Source: Azolla caroliniana (taxonomy: Eukaryota; Plantae; Polypodiophyta). From it: a stretch of DNA of 64,000 nucleotides. The notes beneath the pieces were generated by a model. It searched no databases and had not been told where the DNA came from. It saw only the letters and a list, made by a program, of their open reading frames with translations. Positions 13,194 to 24,412 of the stretch are shown in pieces. A program made the translations under genes and the position numbers. The DNA is taken from positions 1,302,001 through 1,366,000 of the forward strand of contig JBHGNT010000002.1 in the NCBI GenBank assembly GCA_043228905.1, given 5' to 3'. Numbering within the stretch: the stretch's first letter is position 1; every line of letters starts with the position of its first letter.

Positions 13194-13372
13194 TCGGTGT
13201 CAAGCGCGCGCTCCCTCCCTCTCTCTCTCTCTCAGCCTTCGGTTGCTTCCGGTGTGTTTCTAGGATGCCCCGGAAACGGTGAAGTACGACTTCCTAAGCT
13301 CCGTCACTCCCTAGTCTAGGGCCCCCGTGGTTCCGCCTTTCTCCACACACGCGCGTAACAACGCGACAACGG

Positions 13373-16300
13373 CCAACAAAAACAATGTGGGACCAACTGT
13401 GGGACGCCCTTACCAGTTGCAGGATCTGCTTACCTTTGCATAAACTCTTACCACTCATGCCGCGTTTTCGAGACACCTTGGCTTCACTCACGGCCAACAA
13501 CCAGTCCAACGCACCACCTGTGCACCTGACCGAGCCAGGAACGGGTCCACCTCTAATGGATGCGCAGAATCCAGCCATAAAAATTATGATTAAAGGGAAG
13601 GACCTGCACGGTTGCATAATCGACGGCGGCTCTGGCGTGAATGTCATCAGTGAGGCTACCTGTCGTAAACTTGGCCTGAATCAATGGGAACCTTGCCCCT
13701 TCTGGCTTCGAATGGCTGACACATGATCGGTTTGCCTCATCGGATTAATCCGCCACCTCGACTTTAGTCTAGGAGGCCACATGTTCACTATCTCGGCCGT
13801 TGTCTTACGACTCGAAGCACAGGGGGCTTACCCAATGTTACTGGGCAGACCATGGTTGCGCACAACCAATATCAAACAACATTGGCAGCGCAACATGTCT
13901 CGTTTCGCCGAGGAAAGACCAAGGTTCGGATCATAACCGAAGAACGCGTAACCACGCCCCACAACACCTCGCCGTTATACGCGGAAGGGGTGCACATGCT
14001 CGACCGATTAGTCGATGACGAGGTGGACGATTTCCTAGAAGACCATCCCACTATCATACCTCTCTTCGAAATCGACGCCATGTCGGCCGTCAGCACACCT
14101 CTAGACGAGGAGGTCATGGTGAATACACCTCCATTGCCGAATTACGACACTCTTGAGACGCTTTTGAACGTGAACTCGCCATCTCCCAATGCGTGAAGGC
14201 ATCAACGCTCGAAACACTGAACCTCGGTTCGGACGAGACCCCTCAGACCCTACAGATTGGTAATAACTTATTAGCCGGCGAACGAGCAACCCTCATCCAC
14301 TTACTCACCGATTACCAGGATGTATTCGCATGGTCTTACACGGATATGAAGGGTTTGGACACACAATACTACCAACACCAAATCCACCTTCTCCCGGACC
14401 GTCGACCGGTTCAACAAAGACAATACCGGATGAACCCCAATTATGTAGCTAAGGTCAAGGAAGAAATAGACAAGCTCCTCCGAGTCAGGCGCCACATGGT
14501 TAAGCCCAATCGTAGTCGTCCCCAAGAAAAACAGGAAAATCCGAGTTTGTGTGAACTACTGCAAGCTTAATGTTGCAACGGTCACGGATGGATTCCCTCT
14601 CCCGTTCACGGATAGTGTTCTCGACACGGTGACAGGTCACAAATGCTACAACTTTCTAGATGGGTTTAGTGGGTACAACCAAATCAGAATGCACCCGAAT
14701 GATCAAGAAAAAACAACATTTGTCACAGAATGGGGTGTTTTCATGGCAGAAGTCATGATGTTCGGTTTAAAAACAACGCCGGCCACGTTCCAACGCATCA
14801 TCATCGAAATTTTTAACGAGTATATCCCGACGTTCATGCAAGTCTTTCTCGATGACTTCGCCGTATATGGACAACGACTGGAACACATGACCCAGTTGCG
14901 CCTCTGTCTTGATCGATGTCGCCAAGCTGGGTTAAGTTTAAACCCGGCAAAGTGTGCATTCTTGGTCACAAGCGGCAACCTACTTGGACACATCGTCAGT
15001 CAAGAAGGTATCGCCATGGACCTGGAAAAAGTACAAGCCATCCTAAAAGCCCCAACACCCTCGAACGCAAAGGGCCTCAGCCGATTTTTGGGACAAATCA
15101 GATGGCATAGCCGGATGATACGCCACTTGGCCGATTTCGCAACAACACTACACGCGGCGGTGCATCGACTCCCCTTTCAATGAACTTCAATCGAGGACGA
15201 GGCTTACCAAGGATTGAAATTAATGCTCTCGCATGCCCCAGTTGTACAGCCACCGAGATGGTCGGAACCTTTTCACGTCTTCGTGGACACATCAGATATT
15301 TCCATCGGGAGCGCACTTATGCAATGCACGCCCCCAAATTGGTATTGGCCAGTGTATTATGCTAGCCGACGTCTCTCGGCCACGGAAAAGAACTATTCAA
15401 CCACCGAATGGGAGGCCCTCGGTATGATCTACAACATTAGTAAATTTCGGCATTACCTCTTAGGCCGAAAATTCACCTTTCACGTCGATCACTCGGCCCT
15501 CCTCTACCTGGTTAATAAACAAGCCCTGGCAGGTAAACAGGCTCGATGGATGCTCCTATTACAAGAATTTGATTTTCATATACAACGTTGACCCGGAGTT
15601 CAACACGCCGTCGCCGATTACCTAAGCCGCCTCGAATCCGAAGACCCTACCGAGCCTACGTATGACGATCTACCCGATGCCGGATTATTTCATCTCGCAA
15701 CGCTAACCGATGAAAAAGAAGATGAATGGATCACAGAGATGACCCATTTCCTTAGTATTGGCTTGCCTCCCGACCACATGGCCCTCGATCTGCGGAAATG
15801 ACTCGCAGTACGTAGCCGCAACTTTTGTCTAGTTTCCGACATCCTCTATCACAAAGGCTCGGACGGAATATGGCGTCGGGCCATTCGACAATTCAAGAAG
15901 AAGGCCATCCTCCAAGAGGCCCACCTCGGAATCACTGGCGGACACTACGTCGGAGAGTCCACGACATGGAAAGTATGGCAGACTGGGTTATGGTGGCCTA
16001 CAACGAAAAAGGATGCCCACGAGTTCTGCCGACAGTGTGACTTGTGCCAACGGTTGGGACAGCCGATGGAACAAGCTCGAATGGCACACCAACCCATTCT
16101 TCCATTGGAACCATTTCAAAAATGGGGGTTAGATTTTGTGGGACCCTTCAAACCAGCCGTGGCCCGAACCGGTAATAAGTATATCATCGTCGCCACGGAC
16201 TACTGCACAAAATGGGTCGAGGCAAAGGCTTTACGAGACAACACGGCAGCATCCACGACCAAATTTGTGTACGAACATCTCTAGTGCCGTTATGGATGTT

Positions 16301-17055
16301 CAATTGAGCTCGTTAGTGACCAAGGTGGGCACTTTATAAACCATATAATACGCGAGCTTACGACTCACTACGCAGTGATACATAAGAAAAGCACACCATA
16401 CTACCCGCAGACAAACGGATTGGCAGAATCGACTAACAAAATTCTCCAAACAATCCTGAAGAAGATCGTCAACGAGAACCGCACCGATTGGGATGACAAG
16501 CTCCAGAGTGCATTGTGGGCTTACCGCACGACATTCAAAACGCGCATGCAATCCACCCCCTTTCGGATGGCTTTTGGTCTAGAAGTCGTTACACCCATTG
16601 AGTTCCAAGTCCCGAGTCTGCGAGTGCAAGTTAAAGCACGACTTCCCGAGGCCCAATCCAAACAATTGAGGATGGAACAACTCCTCGAACTTGGCAAGGA
16701 CCGAGTAGCGAGCATGGCCCAACTTGAACAACGCCAACGCCAACGAAAAGCCTTTGTGGACCGACATCGGAAGGGATTGGAACAAGAACTGACCATAGGC
16801 AAACCGGTCCTCGTTTTCCAGACGCGACTAGGTACTATGCCAGGAAAGTTACGATTTCGATGGACCGGCCCCTTCTGGATTATTGACGAGTTTAACGGCA
16901 CGTTCCAGCTTGGCACCCTCGCCGGGGAAATAGTCAAAAGCTGGGTGACTGGATTCCGACTACGATTGTACCAGGGAAATACCCCAGTCAGCCCTTTCGC
17001 CGAGTCTCACGACACGGACACGGTCACGAAGGAGGTCATGCGTCCCCCTCGGTAA
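13373..17055 (+). pseudogene. pol: pol of element B (PR, RT, RNase H, IN) with stops and frameshifts
   Basis: IIDGGSGVN; LDGFSGYNQI; VFLDDF; VDTSDISIGS; KWGLDFVGP; YYPQTNGLAE; WTGPF. Confidence 0.95.
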
Positions 17056-17519
17056 GGACCCACCAACATTCCAAAGTAGACATTAGGTAGTATTAGGCAT
17101 AGTTTTAGCAATTAGATAGTTCCACCTACACCACCTACCACCTCACCCAAATCATGTCAGGTTAGAGGCACCCATTAGTCACTTTCACATTCACTTAAGT
17201 ATTTAAAGGCACATGCACAACATCCAAGGTGCAACACTAACTCCCTAGGACACGTGGCCATAATATCCTATTATGGCATCCACGCCCAAGAATCTCCAGG
17301 CTCCTCTTCATGCACAAAACCCTAGGCGTTCGCTAAAAAACAGTTACCCCAAGGCCACTCCACACACATACGTTTTCTTGCACACCCAACATTCATCGTT
17401 TCCACACTCTCAAGCTTCCTCTCGCTCTCAGCGCGTTCATCGCTCCCACCGCTCTTGCTCACAAGCCCTCTCTTGCCCTCGTAGCCCCGCTACCGCACCA
17501 CAACCATCTCCTTCCCTCA

Positions 17520-20500
17520 CTCTGTCTCGGCCTGGTTGAATCCTCCTTCCCCAATCTTCCACACAACAGAACCCCGAGTCCAGTATGCCTCTTGCAGCTT
17601 CACAGGAAACCCGCTCCTAGCTTCAGGAACGAGGCTTGGGTGGTTATTTAAAGGTGATCGATGCCCCTGCACACCCTGATGCCCAAGCGGTTGCACGATG
17701 AATCCACCCGAACACAATCACCAACAATATGATTCGTGCTTCCTTGGACCTAAAACGAGGAGGTGACCATGAGGTCGAGATTCCCCCTTCCACGACCCTG
17801 AAGGAATACTTTGGTGCGTATTCCATATCTGGTAAAGCCTACCGCACCTACGGTGGATCCAACAAGGCATTCGGGGAACTCGCTCGCATCCTGATGGAGT
17901 ACGCGTTCTTGCATACCAACCCTACCAGTATGCCACAAAGCAAAGCGAAGACCATCATCAGTGCTTACGAGGGAAACAAAATCGATTGGGGAATCATCAC
18001 AGGCGAAGGAATCTGGGCGGTGCTCGAATCCTTCCAAACCGGTAAGCATCTATTGCCTGTGATCAACCACTTCCTTATAGTCCTCTACCCACGTCCTTCG
18101 GTTTCCCCTCGTCGCACCCTGATCTCTCCGCCACCACCACGGAAACAACACGGGAAGATGTTGGAGATAACTCAGGAAGAATGGGAAGAATCCTCGTCTT
18201 CTCCACCTCCCGCAGGCGTTCGGCGCCTCGTTTCCACCTCGACCCCACCCCCACCAAAAACACAAAGACAACGGGCGGTGGCAACAACCCATGTCGAATG
18301 GGATGAGGCTGAGGAGGCCATCCCCGAGGATGTCACCATACGCCAGAGGCCACCAAGGACATCAATGACCTCTCCTCAACCGAGCCCATGGCCCACCAAC
18401 CAGCAGCCCTCGGCCATCCGGCAACATAAGAGGAAACAAGCCGAGGAGCCAACACCACCGACCCTGGACGCGCAAGACCAGCCGCCAAAAAGACGCCGTA
18501 TCATTCGAGAGGCAACCATAGAAGCCAAAGGCGACCAACGGTAGAAATCAAAAGAGGCCAGCCCCCCCTCCACGGACATAGTACCAGTGGAGTCATGGCT
18601 CCAAGTTGGAATGATTGAGCATGGCCAAACCACGCAGAGATCAGAGGAGGAAGTCCTTGGGTACAAAGATCTCCCCGCGGAGGCATACGAGTTCAATGCC
18701 CTACTTCGACTGGGCACAACTTACGAGTTAATGGATTTCCTCGTATGCACCCAAGTGGCTGTCGCTGTTCCTATGGCCGAGGAGCACACTGAAACAAAGA
18801 TGATCCAATGCGCGCTAATGGGTGAAATCGAACCTCATGAGGATCGAGCCTTACAAAAGATAGGACGGAAGAAGCAAGTCCAGAATGCTTCGCTTCTCAT
18901 GGATCTACCGGATTTGAACATGGCCTTAGTCGAGGCATATCGCAATCTACACCACACTACTCGGGCAGCCAAGGACATGGCCCGACGGATCAAAATGGCG
19001 CATCAGCAAGCCAAACAGGCTATGGACCTATGGCAAGCCGCCGAGGAGAAACTGGCGACACTCATGCAGCAACAACCGCCCTTAATCCTCCCTGCGCCGA
19101 GTGAAGCTATCTCACCAGCCGCTCTTCCGAACCCGAGCCCGAGTGCTGAAGGTACCGTAGCACACAAAGACGACACCGCCCACCCCACAGTAGCCACGAC
19201 CGAGGCCAACACACGACCAGCCACGCCTCGACACAAATGCCACCACCTTCGGAAGTCATGGAACGAGCGACATAGACAGACAGGGAGTCCTCGGCACAAC
19301 TCCAGCAAGCGGCAACCCAGACAGGGTCCCCTTAGGGACTACCAGGAGGAGCTTCAGGCCCAGATCATGTTGGCTGAATTGGCCGAACAGAATCACAACA
19401 ACATTCTTGGCCAGCAACGAGAACAAGCCATGAGCCGCAAAGCGAACCTCAAGCGCTTGCTTGCTGAAAGGTCGGCCGCGCTTGAAGCATGAGAACGAGA
19501 CGTGATGACCCTCCAAGTCTCGATCACTAAGGCTAAGGAATGGTTCATCAAAGAAACTGAGCGGAATAGCCAACGGGAACAAGAGCTTTTCGTCGACAAC
19601 CAGGAATTACGTCGTCATCAACGAGCCTTCCAGGACATGGCCAACGGACATATGCAGAAGTGGAGGATCTCGGAGGAGCAACGAGCGAAAATTTCCGATG
19701 CATATCACCAGTTGCAATCCGAGCACATCGTCGTCAAAGAACAACACCGTGACGCTTGGCAACTGGAAAGGGACGAAACTGTAGCTCAGCTCACCAACTG
19801 TTATGAGCAGACCATCGCGCTCATCACGGAAAAAGCAAAAGATAATCAAGCTACGTTAGCACTCTTCGCGCGCAAAAGCCAAGCACAAGCCAAGGCCGCA
19901 AGGGAGGCACTGGAAGTTCACCGCGCGAGCATCGGCATGGGCGATACCAAAATCAAGACCCTAATCCACAAGTATCGCCAACAATTCACCACAAAGATCA
20001 AAGAAACGCTTGACCATGTTTGGTAGGAGTGGTTAGCCCAAGCCGCGGACCTACACATACTACGCGCAGATGCCGAGAAGTGACGGAAGGAGGGCCGAGG
20101 GTTTTACAAGATGGATGACACTAGCATCCAGACCCTTCGTGAGGACTTAACGGAAGAGTATCATAGCTTGGCAACATCCCACACCGCAGCCATCGAGCGA
20201 CTCTTGGAGGAATTCAAAGACGATCTAATGGTGTTTCGTTTAGAAGCCGAAGCATACAAGGAGGAACGACTTGCTACCCGGAGTCATAGGGCTCCCACAA
20301 ACACCGAGCAAGGGACCGAGTCACTCCCCATGGCAGCTAGACCAGAGGAACTTGCTCCTACCGACGTCCACATCCCACCGGAGCCATAGACTATAACCCC
20401 GACCCTGCCTGAATCGGTCCCAACAGAGGAGCGCACACACGCCGACACCGCCATCCCCAACCCGGCAACACCACCCCCATCACCAACTCCACCGGCCGAG

Positions 20501-20560
20501 CAACTAGCCCAACCCCACGCCCCCGAGGATATCCTCGACATATTGGAAGAAGAATAAGAC
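17520..20560 (+). pseudogene. Extra sense ORF of B (~1000 aa): conserved N-domain, Pro-rich linker, coiled coil
   Basis: ORF pieces 17729-18544, 18587-19492, 19502-20026 and 20111-20389; homologous to 44137-46850 (-). Confidence 0.75.
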
Positions 20561-20630
20561 CAACCTCTAAGCCCCGTAGGAACATGCCAATTTTGTAATT
20601 CATGTGGTTTTGTTAAATCCATAGTGAACC

Positions 20631-20672
20631 ATGGGTCCGACGGACAAAGTCCTGTCCCACGAGCGTGCCAGG
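20631..20672 (+). other. Conserved hairpin plus tRNA-like CCA tail at the PPT position of B
   Basis: ATGGGTCCGACGGACAAAGTCCTGTCCCACGAGCGTGCCAGG directly before the 3' LTR; no purine tract. Confidence 0.75.
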
Positions 20673-21795
20673 TGTTGTCCATAGGCCAAAAATAGAAATT
20701 AGTTAAATATAATACGCCAAAAGTAAGACGAGTAGGTAAGGGAGAATTAGGTAAAACGCTGAGTTTCGAGCGTCACAGTCAGCGGACCGCTCAATGCTGT
20801 ATGAAGGAAAGGAAGTATATAAACTGAGGTCTGTGTACCTCGGCAGGGGGGAGATATCCAGAGCCTAGGCGAGGTCGTTTCATAAATATAGGAGCTTTGT
20901 AAGGCTATCGGCTTGTTCTTTATGAAACAATACATATTACAACAATACATATCTATTAGCGCTTGTTCTTTTCATCTATGTGTCGTCGTTTCCAAGGTCT
21001 CAACAACGTATACGACCCGGGCTCTATTCCGAGTATGCTCTCTGTGTTCTTCCCTTAACGACACCCCGTGCACAAGTCTTCACGATTACATTTCCCTTGA
21101 TACCGATAGCTCGTAGGCATATCGAAGGTGTTTCCGGCAGAACGGTTAACAGAAAGTTGGCTTCAAGAGAATATATTGTTGTTTTCTGGACTTCAAGAAA
21201 GCCCAATGAGTGGGCTTTGGAGACCAAGCATGGAGATTTGAATGTTATTAAAGTATAGAGTATTTGTAACACAATCGTATGAGCAAGTTAGGTACCAATA
21301 GAAAATGGATAGTGGTTTTTGACACGGACACACCAACCATGGACTACGACGGAGCACGGATGACGAGGCTACGACTAATAAGGCTACAAACATGGAACTG
21401 GAAGTGACGAGGTTAAGAACTATAAAAGTTGTGAGTGATGAGACTATGAACTTAGGAAGCTAGGATTAACTGGAGAGCATGAAGACAAATATGAAGATCA
21501 AGGAGACAATATGGAATGAAACGAGGAAACTAGATTAATATGTCAGTGATTGGCTTTGAATCCGTTGAAAGGGACCAAGGAGGTTACAAGTATTTATATT
21601 GTGAGTTGAAGTACATGCATTAGAATATTTTGGAGAATATTCTAGAACCCTCTAGAACCTTCTCGTTCTAGAACTTTCTAGAGGTATGTGACTAGAGAGT
21701 ATTTCTATAAATACATGCTCATATCAAGATGGTTGAGCATGACACCTTGTTAGAGAACCAATACAAAAAACTCATAAGAAAAAAAATCACCTCAT

Positions 21796-22270
21796 ATGGG
21801 GAGGTTAGTAAAAGATCTATTCAAACTATTAGGTGATGGTATGGAGTATGTAACTATTGAAGATAGATTACTAGAGGCATTAAGGATGAAGTGGCAAGAT
21901 GCTAAAATGTCAAAATTTAAATATTACATTGCAAATATTAACCCCCAATACAAGGGAAAAAATGCTATAACATACCTAATCACATCTCACTACCCCCATG
22001 AGCCTTGGCTCTCGAGGAGCCTTAATATTTCTTTAAACTTGCTCACACAAGTTAGGTGTTGAGTTAGCATCATGGCATCAACACGCAAAGATGAAGATAT
22101 ATACTGTAAGATATGAAATGAAAACCTAGTGGAGGATGGATATCACTTACTTATCGCATCTTATTGTATAAGGTAATTCCTGAGAAATATGATGACTTGT
22201 AAATGAGCATGATCATGTGAGTGTCATATTCAAATTTCTGCGCGAAGGGTGACCAAATATGTGACCAAAT
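21796..22270 (+). pseudogene. Decayed non-LTR retrotransposon (LINE) C-terminal fragment
   Basis: Degenerate C..C...VED.YHLLI pattern at ~22100-22180. Confidence 0.5.
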
Positions 22271-22399
22271 AGGAAGGAATCACATACAAGATGATATGTT
22301 GATTTGGTCCCATGGGTCAGAAGTGGCCCCATCATGGATGATAAAATCTCTTTCACTCTCTCAATAATGCCTTCTATTATGAAAGAAAAAATAACACCA

Positions 22400-23100
22400 C
22401 CATGACTAACTTATTACAAAGTATAGAACCCTTCTAGGCATCTAAATACTAGTATGGCTACAAACTCAATGCCACCCTACACACCAATTCAAATGACGAA
22501 TATGATGATGTGTGACCTTGCAATGTTTTCTCTCTTCATGGTTGAGATTTCATGCTTCTCTAGCAATGTCAATTGCCACAAAAGAAGTTCCTTTAACTTT
22601 ACAACATATTTTGTCACCACAACTTGTGAATAAAAAACTGAAGGCATTCCACATATTCCAATTGAATCATAACCCCCAATACCTCAAGAACTCAAAAATA
22701 ATTTGGAAATGAGGCATCGGTTCATTGTTCTCCATATGTGCAAAAACCCAATTGAAGGAAGATAGTCTTACTTCAGTTAGAGACATCCACACTAAAATAT
22801 ACACCTCCAAACCATCCTAGCCATTGGGCATGAAAGAAATTGATGGCAACTATGTTCCAATTCCACTAAACAAAAGAAACACATTCCTCTAGGAATGTTT
22901 TAAAAAAGAGAGAGGCATCCCCCGATGGTAAAGCTCTGACCATAGCTCTCCAAATGGATACCTTAGCTCGTACCTTAAATTGAAGTTTAAGAAGTTTTTT
23001 ACCTTCCCACCTCAACAACCTTGATCTTGAAACCTCCGTTTGTAATGAATTGGCACATCCCCTTTCTTGAGGAGGATGCCATTGTACAAAATCCAACATA
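22400..23100 (-). pseudogene. Decayed L1-like LINE zf-RVT region
   Basis: KVSIWRAMVRALP motif followed by a degenerate Cys/His/Trp pattern. Confidence 0.45.
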
Positions 23101-23479
23101 ATTTGTCAAGATGTCAATAAATGCTAAAAGTATTAGAGACCTTGCACATTTGACATTCCAGAATTAATGACATTCCACCAATTAGTTTCAATTGTCATGT
23201 TTCCAAGCTTAATTCCTATCTTCTCTATAAAGTATCTATGCAACTCTATGTGTAATGTGAGGTATTTGTAGTAAATTAGTCATATCTAATATGTATATAC
23301 AAGAAGTACATGTAATTTGGCTAGGGTGTGTAGAGTTATTTGGAGATACTCATCTAAATATGTTTATGTGAGATATATGTTCTAGGGTGTTATGTACACA
23401 TAGTGTAGGTGAGGGTAGGTACTAATATTTACATAAGTGAAGGGTATGTTCACTAATGTTAAAAAGGGGACTAATGTGA

Positions 23480-24412
23480 TGTCGAGAACTGCACGCTCCT
23501 TATACACAACGCTCGGCCACAACCGAGCTTAGAATCATACACAGAAAACGGGAAATAATGAACCACACGAAGAAGAGACGAGTACGCAGGATGTTTACGT
23601 GGAAAACCCAAACTAAGGGAAAAACCACGGCAGCCCACAGGCTGCAAACTATCACTATGTTAGAATGTACAACAGTGAGTTCACGGAGGCAACGACCTCG
23701 TGCTCACGATCCTCACCACATGCGGTGGTTACAACAGAGGCAACAACCTCTTTCTCTCTCTCTCTCTCTCTCTCTCTGTACACAGTTATGCGCTCTCTCT
23801 CACCTTGCACCAACAACAATGACAACAACACGCAAAAGGTTTGCCCTAAGTCATATTTATACTAATATGACTTTTCGGCTATTTACAAATATAGCCACGA
23901 TGGACTCTCAGAGACATATTTACGAATATGTCTCTTCATCCGGAGAGCACTCCTCACCAGGTCTTCACCATCCGGCTCTCCGTAGCCGGGTACTCCTCAT
24001 CCGGTTCTCACCGGGTCTGCACCATCCGGTCCTCCGTAGCCGGGTACTCCTCATCCGGTTCTCACCGGGTCTGCACCATCCGGTCCTCCGTAGCCAGGTA
24101 CTCCTCATCCGGTTCTCACCGGGTCTCCGTAGCCGGGTACTCCTCATCCGGTTCTCACCGGGTCTGCACCATCCGGTCCTCCGTAGCCAGGTACTCCTCA
24201 TCCGGTTCTCACCGGGTCTGCTCTATCCGGTCCTCCGTAACCGGGTACTCCTCATCCGGTTCTCACTGGGTCTGCACCATCCGGTCCTCCGTAGCCGGGT
24301 ACTCCTCATCCGGTTCTCACTGGGTCTGTACCATCCGGTTTCGGCCTCGGTCGAGTTTGTTCATCGGCACTGTTCTTCTCCCTTCCCATCCGGAGGGACC
24401 TGTCTCCCAACA
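23480..24412 (-). mobile_element. Copia-Y-related solo LTR with expanded 54-bp array
   Basis: TSD TGTGA at 23475-23479 and 24413-24417; about 7 repeat units at ~23965-24340. Confidence 0.92.

Larger units (their letters stand above)
6994..13368 (+). mobile_element. Gag-only (TR-GAG-like) non-autonomous LTR element D1
   Basis: LTRs at 6994-7758 and 12567-13368 (TGTCGTGAAG...ACGCGACA); 4-bp TSD ACGG; no RT/RH/IN motifs recognised internally. Confidence 0.9.
3312..21151 (+). mobile_element. Full-length non-chromovirus Ty3/gypsy element B with extra 3' ORF and nested insertions
   Basis: LTRs at 3312-3798 and 20673-21151 (TGTTGTCC...GGTTAACA); TSD GAAAG at 3307-3311 and 21152-21156; gag-PR-RT-RH-IN order. 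Confidence 0.95.
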
